The notes under the pieces are model-generated. The model was not told the DNA's origin, made no database searches, and worked only from the letters and a program-made list of their open reading frames with translations. From contig CAXUUL010000011.1 in NCBI GenBank assembly GCA_964255285.1, positions 1 through 64,000 on the forward strand: 64,000 nt of DNA, read 5' to 3'. Made by a program: the position numbers and the translations under genes. Of this stretch, positions 1 through 11,102 are shown piece after piece (positions within the stretch are counted from its first letter, which is position 1; each line of letters begins with the position of its first letter). The stretch is from Ionaspis alba (taxonomy: Eukaryota).

Positions 1-2142
1 TCAGGTGCATGTAAGTCCGAGCGGGCTACCGCTAACAGCAGCTGCAGCACAGTGACCGAATATTGGAACAGGCCCCCGGCAGTACGGCTACTCAACGAAT
101 GAAGCTGAAACAGATTCGCACTTCTGCATAGACATGGTGGGTTTCGGCATACACTCGGTAGCTTCTCCGGAAGAACTCGATTGCAAATCGCCAGCAGTTT
201 CTCGAGTCGACGGTATTCGACCCATAGGAGTTCATACATGCAGAGATTGGCGTCCTTAGTCAACACCGCTCGTGGTTAGGATTCCTTCGAGGAGATAGGC
301 CACGGTCCTTGTTCGTTTGTGCCGCGTTGGCATGGGTGTAACGGTCTGACAGCCTATTGCAATTTGTCTTCAAGATGTCATAGGCGGTACTTAGCGTAGA
401 ACGCGCACGAAGGAGCCAATCCCGTTCCAGCCCGTGTGGACAGTCAGCGAGAACCAGATGACCAAGAATTGAGCATGCACTAGTAAAGGGGATTGGGCCA
501 TGTTGGCCAACGCCTTTACGTCCTGTGGGTCGTGGAGAAGGATTCTGTGCCACTGCCTCTCCCACACTGATGGCCAGATCTGGCAGGTCATCTGTCGTGG
601 CGCGAGAGTTGCGTGTCGCTGGTGCCTGTTGAGGACCATGGTACGTATCGGAATGCTATTGTCGCATTCCTTTATGGCTTTGATATCGCTGACTTTCGAT
701 TTGTGATTTGTTAGACTTCTCTGCAAGGCGAGAGGGCAGGTTGGCTAGGTTTTGAGAATTTAGCTAAGCAAAGAACTCGCCCACGTAATCATTCTATTTC
801 CATATACTGTACATCAAATACCTCAGACCATGTCACCCACGCATTTACGTCCGTCCAGGACAATGAATGTTGAGAAGGGAGAAGACGGTGGTATCGGCTG
901 TTTCGGCATGGTGTGGCCAGTGCCACGAAGAACATGGTCAGCACCATCAACCCAAGCATCAGCAATTACATAGCAAGAACAGCAAGCTAATACAAGCCTC
1001 AATACGAAGGGCCAACAATAATCGCACATGATTTGAGATATAGAAACCAAAAGCATTTGAAATTCAACAGCCGAAATTCGGATTAGTGAACAGGAAAGAC
1101 AAGCTCGAAACTTGGCACGATTAGAAAAGCAAGCGGGCAAGGGTCAGCTCCAAATGCACGGTGACTAGTAGTCGAGAGGCTTAGGCAGGATCAGCATAAC
1201 GGTAGAAGCTAAAGCTCTCCCCTGCTTGTCGTCGTCTTTATGTGAGGGTATCAGCTTCAATAGTCCTCCAAGGGCTGTTGCCGAGTCCCCGGCTTCCAGA
1301 GAAGAAAGATACTATGACGGGTTCGCGTGTGTAGATTGTCGTGACTCGGACCTAATTTGGTGGCTGGTGCAGCCATCTTTTCGGACGGTTCGAAGTAGAA
1401 AATGCTTCGAGATCCTATGTCATGTAATTCTCAGACTGCGTACGGGTAAAGGCACGAATAGTCGGTGTCGATGCTCGGTGCAAGGTGTGTAGCGGCGCTC
1501 CATGGAGGAGTCATCTTCGACCAGGGATGATAGGCTACTTACAAGGGACTCCGGAAGTTTGGACGCCGTCTGCGAGCCGCCGTGGTGGTTGTAACCAATG
1601 CTCGAGGCATCCAGCGGTTCGTGGGCATGTGGGTACGGGTGGTCTGACTGGCACACATGTTCGCCGGGACCGCAGCGGCATAAACCTTTTCCCCTCGTCT
1701 CGGTACGCCCTGTGGCGCACTTGTCTGTGCCTTCGTTCGGAGGCCGATCCCTACTCGAAGGGTCTGTCTGCATAGCACCTCATCCTTTAGGGGATGCTGT
1801 TTGCTTACTACCATCTGTGTCATTTCACCCAAGGCACGTCACAATCGAAGTCAGATGTTACAAATCTTTCGTGCTGCGTGAAGTTCAATTAATAGAGTTA
1901 CTATTGCTGCGAGTCATCACGATACGAAGACGTAGCAGATCATGAATCAAGGGGGCCCCCGGCCAAATCGCCGTCAAAGGCGGGCGGACACGCCATATTG
2001 CATCCACTGTGATCCGAGTGATGTATCCCTGCCGTAAAATATTTTCCTCGCTTTCCTCCTTCCCCCCAAATACGCCCGTAGGATTTCGCATGTGGTATCT
2101 TGCAAAAAAAGAAAGAGAGATCAAGGAGACAGCGAGGAATGA

Positions 2143-2876
2143 TTATTTGACAGTGCTCGAGACGGCGTCTGCCTCCAGATCATGTTCGAATTCGAACGGA
2201 TCGTAACCATCAGAGGCTGCTAATTCATTGTAGGCATCGGTCCGACTTGAGTGGACATCAGTGATCTTGGCTCGAAGCTGGTCGAGCTCCTGGGTCAACT
2301 TCGCATTTGTGGTATCCAGTTTCTGGTATGACGCCAAAAGTGCCTTGTGTTTGGCTTCCAGTTCATCCAGTTGGCACTGAAGGTCTTGCGCATGCTTCTC
2401 CTTTCGTTCTCGAAAGGCTCGCTGCGAAGCTCGATTCTGTGCTCGTCGACGCTGCCCGGAGTCAGTACAGAGATCAACACCTACGGCAAGGGAGCATCTT
2501 ACCATGTGCATAGTTGAGATGGTTTGTTTGTCCTTGATTGGATGTGAACGTCTTCGTCTTCGATCTTCCTGGTACGGTGCAGTCAGATCGGTGAATTCGA
2601 CGATTGGACTGGAGCCCGTCGAGTCGAAGCTCTGATACGAAGTATGCGGGAAAGGGAAGCCGTCGTATGTCATGAGGTTGAGGTTCGAGAAGATCTAAGA
2701 GAGCAGAGTTTAGTAGCACTGGGCGTGGCCTTATGTGGGCGACTCACCATGTTAGGACTGGGACTTGAATCTGAAGAGTTGGCATCGTAGCTATATGCCC
2801 CAGCAGCTGCAAAGTCGTTGAACGTCGGCATAGTCATAGAGTAATCTGTAGGGGATTCAACGAGATCTTTCTCCAT
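2143..2876 (-). CDS. AP-1/Yap-family bZIP transcription factor (Fcr3-like), 3 exons
   Basis: Exons 2876-2748, 2694-2503 and 2451-2143; introns 2747-2695 (GTGAGT..TTAG) and 2502-2452 (GTAAGA..CTGAC..CAG). The basic region RRRAQNRASQRAFRERKEKH is followed by a leucine heptad (LQCQLDELEAKHKALLASYQKL). Confidence 0.88.
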
Positions 2877-4475
2877 CCGAGCGTGAACGAGGCAAGAGTT
2901 GAGACAAGGCTGGAAAGGATGATTTCCTGCGTAAAGTCGAGAAAGGTTCAGGAGTTTTGGAGCAGAAGGAATGTGGAAAGGTTGGAGAGCGTCAGCGAGG
3001 CGTTATATGCTTTAGCTTAAGCTCGAACCGAAGGCATGGCAACGGTACGGGAGGACAGGACAGGGGCGGAGAAAGTCGGTGAGTTATCGAGAAGAGCTTC
3101 GAAGGCGACAACAACAGTTGGATGGCGACACGGCCTCCGGACTTGGCAAGACAGCCTATCATTGCCAGGGCATCTTGCACAACCCGTGGGCATTACCCCG
3201 AAAGGGTTTGGAGCATTGCCGTGGCGGAGGGAGGTCAAACACCTGCAGGGCTTTATGTAAGAATCCTTTGCTGACATAGCGACCCTTGACAGGTGAGTCT
3301 TTGGCGATGCTGCATGTGCCTCGATGATCGATAAGGCAGAAGTTGGGTGTCAAGGTCAAGGTGCGGCAAGGAAACATAGGGCAAACAAGCATTGGACGCG
3401 ATGCCTGTGGCACACCAAAATACCCCGCACTCGTCACCACTTGCTTCACCCTGCCAGAACATGGGACGAATCGAGAGCACAGTGTATCGACCGGGAGGGG
3501 CATCGTTCGAGGGATACACATTCCGTTCGTGGTTGTCGGTCTTATCCCGCACCCTCCTGTCCTCACCATTCATGTGGCTGCAGGTCAGTCAGTAGAGCCG
3601 GACCTTGCTCCGCATCTCTCAGCACGGATCCGATAGCGGTGGACCTGCTCAACCTTTCGCGGGCTGGCTGCTTACTCGGTTGTCACTGGTCACACCCCGA
3701 TGCCTCGCATCGTGGATCAGAACATCAGCACATCGAAAGGGGACACAGAGAAAAGCTTGGGAACAACGAATTATGCGGCTGATTGCTTGGCCCGGTTTTT
3801 CTCGGATGGCGGTATTGTGTCTTGACATGTCTGTACAGGCGACGCGAAAGCATATGTACTGGTTGGAACCATGTTGCTCACGAACGCACTTGACAATGTG
3901 ACCACAGGAAGATCGACGATGAAAGATGGACTTCTCACGAAAGCACCAGTCGTGTGTCCAACGCCAAGCAATTGAAGGTAGAGGGCTCGAGTGAAGAGGA
4001 CGCACTGATTCCACGCGAGTCCGGTGGTACAGTAGAAGAAGAAGGGTAGAGGGATAGGAGTGAATTTGGACTGGGCGAGTGGGCAGCTTTATGGGCGAGA
4101 CCATCGTGGCAAGCTCCGAGCCCTAATAATCGGGGAATTGTTTTCAAGTGGCAATGAAGCACCTGCCCATAGGACTCATACTTGGACCGTGCGCTCTTGG
4201 AGGTTATCATCTCCGGAGTGATGAGAAGTGGCCTTGGTGACACAAAAAAAAGCACAAACTTCGAGGACAGTAGCATGGTTGATTGAGGCGCGAAAGGGGT
4301 TTAGATAATTGTCAGGTTGCAAGTCTAGGCCTGGAAGGTGAAACACGGGGGTGGAAGTGCGGCGTGGTCCATGCGGATAGAATGTGTCATGATAATAATA
4401 CTGACGATTGGCGCCGACGAATGATGATGGCGAGCTTGCGGAATTGCGACAAGAGCGGTGGGATGATGCTACTTA

Positions 4476-4500
4476 CAGTACAGTACAGTACAGTACAGTA
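4476..4500. repeat. (CAGTA)5 pentanucleotide microsatellite
   Basis: Five perfect CAGTA units in the divergent bZIP/G-alpha intergenic region. Confidence 0.9.
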
Positions 4501-5689
4501 CGTACATGCACTACTACTCCGGGGACTGGAAGTACTGGACGATGAACAGGCTCGAAGCCAAGGGTCGAATGGGAAATAGACCCTTCTTTTAATGCGGGAT
4601 GTTCGATCTCCAGGACGAATAGGAGTTCGGGCAAGGAGTTCGGGCAAGAAGGAAGGGAAGATCTTGGGTGGGAACAATGCTTGCGACACGTGGGAAATGC
4701 GTGCTTCGTGCCTGAAATTACCGCGGCTCTGCTGCTGGCCACAAGCCTTTTGATCCCATTGCGAGCAGTATGTACGACTGTACTGTAGGCGTAACTGATT
4801 CTTTCCGGGGGCCGCCTTGGCCTTCCCGTTGCCCTAACGCAACTAAAGAATGGACTACTAGGAATATTGTTCCCTGGGACATGCGAGCAGCGACGCCAGC
4901 GGCCACCCGTCTCTGTCTCTCCCCGTTCAAACCCCCGGGTGTTACTCTACAACGGCAAGATATGCCGGTCTACCGGCTCTTGATCTGTCCATCCACCACT
5001 TGACCTCTTTCTCAATCCTGTCGATTGTGAAGATCTTGGCTTGAGTCCATTCTGCTTCGTCTGTCCACTGTGGTACTCGTGTCTGATCGTTTGGGTGGTT
5101 GCATTGTCGGTCAATTGCTCCAGATAAGCCAGCGAAGTGTGCCCCGTCCCTGATATGATTACCACATAACCAAAAATCTTCCTGATTGCATCGGAACAGA
5201 TTTTCTGGCCCCGTATTTGATTCTTCTTCCGTCGTCCATGCAATAACTATTCGTTGCTCTCCTGTCAACCTCGTCATTGCTCAACACCGTATCAACACTG
5301 CTTCAGCCTTGCTACTGGTCTGCACAGCACCAAAGACCCGTGCGCAACAAAAACGAGCAACTCCTACTCCCCACGTCGTCACCCATCAACGTTGCTGAAC
5401 CAACCAGACGGCACAATTCTAGAAGTGTCTGCATGCTCACCCGTGGTGAAGAAGTAGAAACACAACCATAGCAGAGATACCACGGACTGTCTCAAGAGGA
5501 GGTCAAAGCCATAAATACCGGCGTTTCTAGATCCATCGACCTCCAACAATCGAATCTGGGTACTAGCGCAAATTGTGTGAGTAGCAGCTATCTTGAACGT
5601 GTTAGGGAAGACTAATTTTCCATTTCCATAATAAGACCAGAGATTCTCTTCCAAGGCGCACACCGACATTGGCAGCTTTACACTCCAAC

Positions 5690-7016
5690 ATGTGCCTGCG
5701 ATTACCCAAACGTGGCGGAAATGCGCTTGCCCAAGCTACGAGTGAGGAGGAGAAGAAGAATGCCGAGATTGATCGCATAATCAGAAGGGACAAGAAGCAA
5801 CAATCGAAGAACGTGAAGATATTACTCCTGGGTAGGTCGAGTCCGAGTGAAACATTGCACGCCTTGGACCTTCACTTCAATACTCAGGCTGACGTCCCAA
5901 ATTCCAGGAGCTGGCGAGTCGGGCAAGTCCACTATTCTGAAGCAGATGCGCCTGATTCACACGGATGGATTTCCCATGCATGAGCGCAAAGAAGTCCGTC
6001 AGGTCATATTCTCCAACATGGTTATAACCTTCAAGGTTATTGCCGAAGAGATGCGAGACCTAGGTCTCCGATACGAGGATCCCGAGACCGAGGTGAGGCA
6101 TGGCAATGGGAAATCTATGGAAGCACTGCTGATGGAATCAAGAAATTTGAAAGCGTTCTGCTAGTCGCCGAGGATATCGGTATCAACGATCCATTTCCCA
6201 TCGAATGTCTCAGCGCCATGAAAGGCATGTGGCGAGACGAATCAGTGCAAATCACCATCAAACGGGGCAACGAGTATGCTCTTCATGACAACATCCAATA
6301 GTATGCCGCTCTTTCGTCTGATCTTACGACCGTTCCTCTGACTCTCTGCAAGTTACTACAATTCCATCGACCGCCTTTTTGCCCGGGACTACGTCCCCAA
6401 CGACCAAGATGTTCTCAGATCACGTCTGCGTACCACCGGCATCACAGAGACGCTTTTCGAACTCGGCCAGCTGACCTATCACATGTTTGATGTCGGTGGG
6501 CAAAGATCGGAACGAAAGAAGTGGGTCCATTGCTTTGAAGGGGTTCACTGTCTACTTTTCGTCGCAGCCCTCAGTGGATACGACCAATGTCTGGTGGAGG
6601 ACAAGACTGCGGTAAGCGATCCATCACCGCGGACTCTTAGAGACTCTTGCTGAGTGCTAATCATCCGATGATAGAATCAAATGCAAGAGGCACTCATGCT
6701 TTTTGAGTCCATCCTGAGTCTGCCGTGGTTCCGAAAGTCTTCCATCATATTGTTTCTGAACAAGATAGATTTGTTCAAAGAAAAGATCACTCAGAAGCCT
6801 GTCCGTGACTATTTCCCTGATTACACTGGACCAGAAGCCGATTTTAATGCTGCTTCGAACTATTTCGCCAAGAAGTTTCGCGGTCTCAATCGGACAGAGG
6901 ACCGAGAGATATATGTTCACTACACAAACGCCACAGACACCAATCTCCTAAAGATCACCATGGAGAGTGTTCAAGATACCATCATTCAGCATAACCTGAA
7001 CAGATACATTCTCTAG
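5690..7016 (+). CDS. gna2: Heterotrimeric G-protein alpha subunit, fungal group II (GNA-2/GanA-like), 5 exons
   Basis: The spliced product contains [19 protein letters not shown] (P-loop), [27 protein letters not shown] and TNATDT. The N-terminus MCL.. lacks the Gly2 myristoylation site and the C-terminus is NLNRYIL, both typical of group II. Four GT-AG introns restore the frame. Confidence 0.93.
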
Positions 7017-7555
7017 AGTTTACGGCTTATGGGTTCTCCTCACGCTATCCTTGTTACGTTCTCCTCTCGTATCAGTTACGGGAGGCAGCGTTTAAAAGAA
7101 TTTTCTGTCACGATGGATGATACCCGATCAGATGGGGGAAAAAGGTGCAAGGTGACTGGAGCCCACCTGTTTCGAAATTTCAATGGCATGTGTTACATGT
7201 GCGCTGTGGGGGACGAAAGGCGATCAGGATTGTGGGCCTCGCTGTGATCTGATGCAACGATGATGGGCTGTTCTTGTATTTAATTTTCTCGAATGATTAG
7301 AATATGCACATAGATATTTGTTATTGAATACCCTACGAGCAACCCAGATTGTAAGAGCCTGAAGATGTCATTGGTAGGGAATCTTTCTACAAACTCAAGC
7401 CCCCGCAGCCCTCCAGCCGAACATAGGATAGTATCGCTTGTGGTTTAGCGCCAACGACTAGCGTCACGAGATATCAACCTTGAGGAATGTCCGTCATGCT
7501 GTCAGAAAGGCCTCACGACCAATACGATACACGACTAAGGTTTCCTTGATCGAGT

Positions 7556-8697
7556 ATGACCATGCTGGTCCCATCTGTGAGCAGATTTGCTTTCAGGAAG
7601 ACCCTGCCCTGTCTATCATGCTCTCTTCCCGCCGCCCAAGCATCACATCTGAGCTCCGCACGCCCAAATATACGACAGCGACGCTTCTCGTCCTCAAAGC
7701 CAATCAGCCCTCCTAACGACGATCCGAGATCCATTCCCGCAACAGAAGATGCTCCCACCAAGAGCAGCACCCCAGCTCCGGCCAGGAAACGCGCTTCTTC
7801 ACGAATTAACAGGCAAAGGCCTAAAGAGGGATCAGCAAAAGTCACAGATATTTCAAGAAACGAGCTAGCATCTCCGCTGCCCAGCGTACCTTCAACACAG
7901 CATCTACATCGTCATGGTATGGATGCTTACTATTGCACTGATCTACGCATGTACTAATATTACTACCAGATGTCCACGTAGCATCCTTCTTTTCCCTCCA
8001 CAGACCTCTCTCAGTTACTGCTCCCGTCCCCTCGGCCTCCACAACCGAAGCCTTTTCCTCAATCTTCGCGCCTCGCGATCTCACAAAACTCAGATCAGCA
8101 GAAGTCATCTATACTCTTGCCTCCACTGTCGCCCAGCTCGAAACCGCCGCCGCTCAAGCCGAAAATGTCCAACCCCGATCTCAGGCTCTAGACCCTACGA
8201 CACTTCGCACAGCAGTAACACAAGCCTCCGTCTCGAACGCAGAGCCCGCCGCCCATGCTGATGGCTCCATCGTACCCACAATTTCGCTCTCGATGGAAGG
8301 CCTTGCTAAGAGTTACCGACCATTCCACCCTCCCCCACCACCCACACCTATCCCCTCTTTTTCACCGCAACAAGCGAGTCGAGCGGCTACGCTAGTACAC
8401 GAACCCTTCCCCTCCAATCTCCTGGCCACAGAATTCGAAATACTGCCGCCAGCGCCACGACAACCCTTCTTAGACCGTATGCGTATCCGGCAGGAACGGT
8501 GGGAGGAATCTCAAGAGCAGAGTCGTCGGATTATATGGAGAGCTATAAGTGTCAAGAGACAGAGGAAGTTGAAGATGAAAAAACACAAATACAAGAAGCT
8601 GATGAAGAGAACTAAGAATTTACGACGACGTTTAGACCGTCTGGTCAGTAGGATCCTTTTTTCCCCCGCTCTTCAACCTACTAATGGTTCTTAGTGA
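7556..8697 (+). CDS. cox24: Mitochondrial small ribosomal subunit mS38 / Cox24-like protein (DUF1713 C-terminus)
   Basis: Basic Ser/Arg-rich presequence-like N-terminus; intron 7917-7969 then DVHVASFFSLHRPLSV; C-terminal AISVKRQRKLKMKKHKYKKLMKRTKNLRRRL motif. A probable final intron 8644-8694 is followed directly by TGA. The start could be 7562. Confidence 0.8.
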
Positions 8698-9588
8698 TCG
8701 TGCTGTTGTCGTGTTGCTGCTACAGCACGCTTTAAGTTGTTCCGTCAATCTTCGAGTCATTCCCAACAGAGCTCGACGTTGCCGAGGTTACGAACCCAGC
8801 TCATGCTGGACAAGTGGAGACTCGGTAGGGGAAGGAGAGGAGGAGGAGGCATGGGACGAGACTGCGTGGGCTTGAGGCATTTGAGTACTTGCGATTGTGG
8901 TTGTTGGGTCAGTGTATAGTGATGAGTGGGCGTTTGGGTCTCTGGCATCGCTCTGCGCTCTCATCCTACCCCTAGCATTGGCATATCACTAGGCATCCAC
9001 GATATTATGCAGGCTATATGCATGTGCCTAAAAGTGACTACCTCAATCATTTCAGCATGGCAAAAAGTATCATCCGGTTGCGATTTGTTAACACGTTTCA
9101 CCCTGGCTTCAACGGAGTAGTTGTAATGATCTTAATCAACAGACCGTAGTATACTCATGAGCCACTGTTGGGCTTCAACAAGCTGAACCACTGAACACGA
9201 CTCCGATATGTTGTCCGACGGATCATGACTAACGAGCTCGTGACATATGCAGGGTGAGGTATCATTACCGCGGTCCTGGATGTCTTCAGATCTAGATCCC
9301 CTAAACCAAGAAAACATTGTATGTGCATTGAGAAACCAGGCGAAAGACTATTTCCGAGTAGAATACACATAACGGCACAATCTCAAACTACGGTTTTCTC
9401 TTCGATCTATGCCATCCCAGCTCCCGTAATACGCAAGGACGCTCAATGCTCCCTCCAGACCATCGCGCCACTTTGACTTCGTCTCCTCGTTGTCCGCTCC
9501 GCTCAGATCATACATTGATTGACAGCTGTCCTTCCGTGCCAGGAGTTGTCATCACTTCCGCGCCCCTGCTCTCGCCGATCCCGACGTC

Positions 9589-10529
9589 TCAACATGAGAC
9601 ATCCGTGGTGGCCTTTGCATTCATTAGGAGGGCAACGATGAGGCCGTACAAACCTAACTAACATGTTAGCAAGGGACAGATATCATCATTAGGTAGAGTA
9701 TATCTAACCTAGGACTTCAGCGAAAATGAGGATCAAAATCATGCCCACAAACAGTCTGGGCTGTTGCGCGGTACCACGCACACCAGCGTCACCAACGATC
9801 CCGATGGCAAAGCTAGAAGAGGAGCGTGATCAGTCGAGGACCAACGTCCAGGAAAAGTCGGATCAGTGCAGGTGGACTCACCCAGCAGCTAGACCAGCCA
9901 GACCAACACTAAGTCCAGCACCCAGTTGGATGAACCCGGTGAAGAGCGGTAGTTCTTGCTTCAGACCATCCGAGATCAAGACTGACACGACCAATCCGTA
10001 GATACCGATAATACCGGCCATAATAACAGGCACAATGTCTGTGCAGTGACGTTAGCCGACCAGACTCTGGTGTATTTTGCACAACAGGATCTCTGGATGG
10101 GCGGCATACTCTTGACAATCAGATCTGGTCGAAGGACACCCATGGCTGAGATGCCGACTCCTGACTTGGCCGTGCCATACGCGGCGCCGAAACAGGTGAA
10201 GACGATAGCGGATGTGCAGCCCATCGCACCGAAGAAGGGCTACGTAGACGTGTTAGCCACACTGTGATTGGCTCTGTCATTGTTGTGATATCTAAGAGCG
10301 AAGTGCCTGCCGTCTTATCGTAGACTGCTAGGTTCTCGCCGTATGCTTATTGAAGGTTGCAGGACTGAGAAGATACTAACAGCATACACAGGACTGCATC
10401 AACCAAAAGAGTTAGTTTGTCTTTCTCAAGCAGGTTGCCATGATGCTTTGGTGGATTGCTGTGCTTCTGACACGGATCAAGCCACATAAAACACATTTTA
10501 GCCACGACGTACCAAAGATCTGTAGGCAT
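9589..10529 (-). CDS. vma3: V-type ATPase V0 16 kDa proteolipid subunit c, 6 exons
   Basis: Exons 10529-10513, 10393-10381 (13 nt), 10239-10110, 10038-9882, 9812-9709 and 9653-9589 give [39 protein letters not shown]...[17 protein letters not shown]...[20 protein letters not shown], including the essential Glu. Confidence 0.95.
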
Positions 10530-10694
10530 CTCGAATTGCTAGGAGAACGCGAGTCGTAGGAAAGGTATGGGTCAGATATTTGATCAAAGAGCAGAATGAC
10601 AAGGTATTGAGTGCAGGACTGATGAATCAGAGACAACGAGCTTGATGGTGACGATGAGGAAGACGAGGTTCGTGGCGGCGCCGCTAGTGGACAT

Positions 10695-10702
10695 GTCACG
10701 TG
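10695..10702. promoter_or_regulatory. GTCACGTG E-box (candidate bHLH site) about 165 bp upstream of vma3
   Basis: Literal motif match in a short promoter; function is inferred only. Confidence 0.3.
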
Positions 10703-11102
10703 CACAATGCCAAGAGATGGCAGAGAGGTTTCAACTCGCCTAGAGACAAAAAACATTACGCTTTGTTGAACGAGATGATATGCAACATTCACCATTGTTC
10801 CTCGGATCATAGAGCATGCTGATGGGTATATGCGACTCAGAGCAAGCTAGATCTTGGTTGTTTCAAAGTGATCTTTACCCGAGACGAGACTTTCGCACTC
10901 CACAGCTATTTCATTATTCAGATGTTGTCTTCGTCTTGAAGTTGTGCTTATTTAAAGACACCCTCTTCCGGGTGCTATGCTATTCATACAGGTCATGATA
11001 CATGCCCCCTAATATACCAATATGCAAACCTCGCTGTACGGTAAACACGAGCACGACGGCTCCATATATACAAGAATGTAACGCTCTATGGTCTCAAATT
11101 GC

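Noticed and set aside
1..726. Minus-strand ORFs and an open frame running off the window edge
   Set aside because: No recognisable motif and no consistent splice model.
3017..3037. 6-codon minus-strand ORF (MPSVRA) as a Yap-type uORF of the bZIP gene
   Set aside because: A TATAA-like box at about 3003-3008 lies between it and the main ATG, so it is probably upstream of the transcription start.
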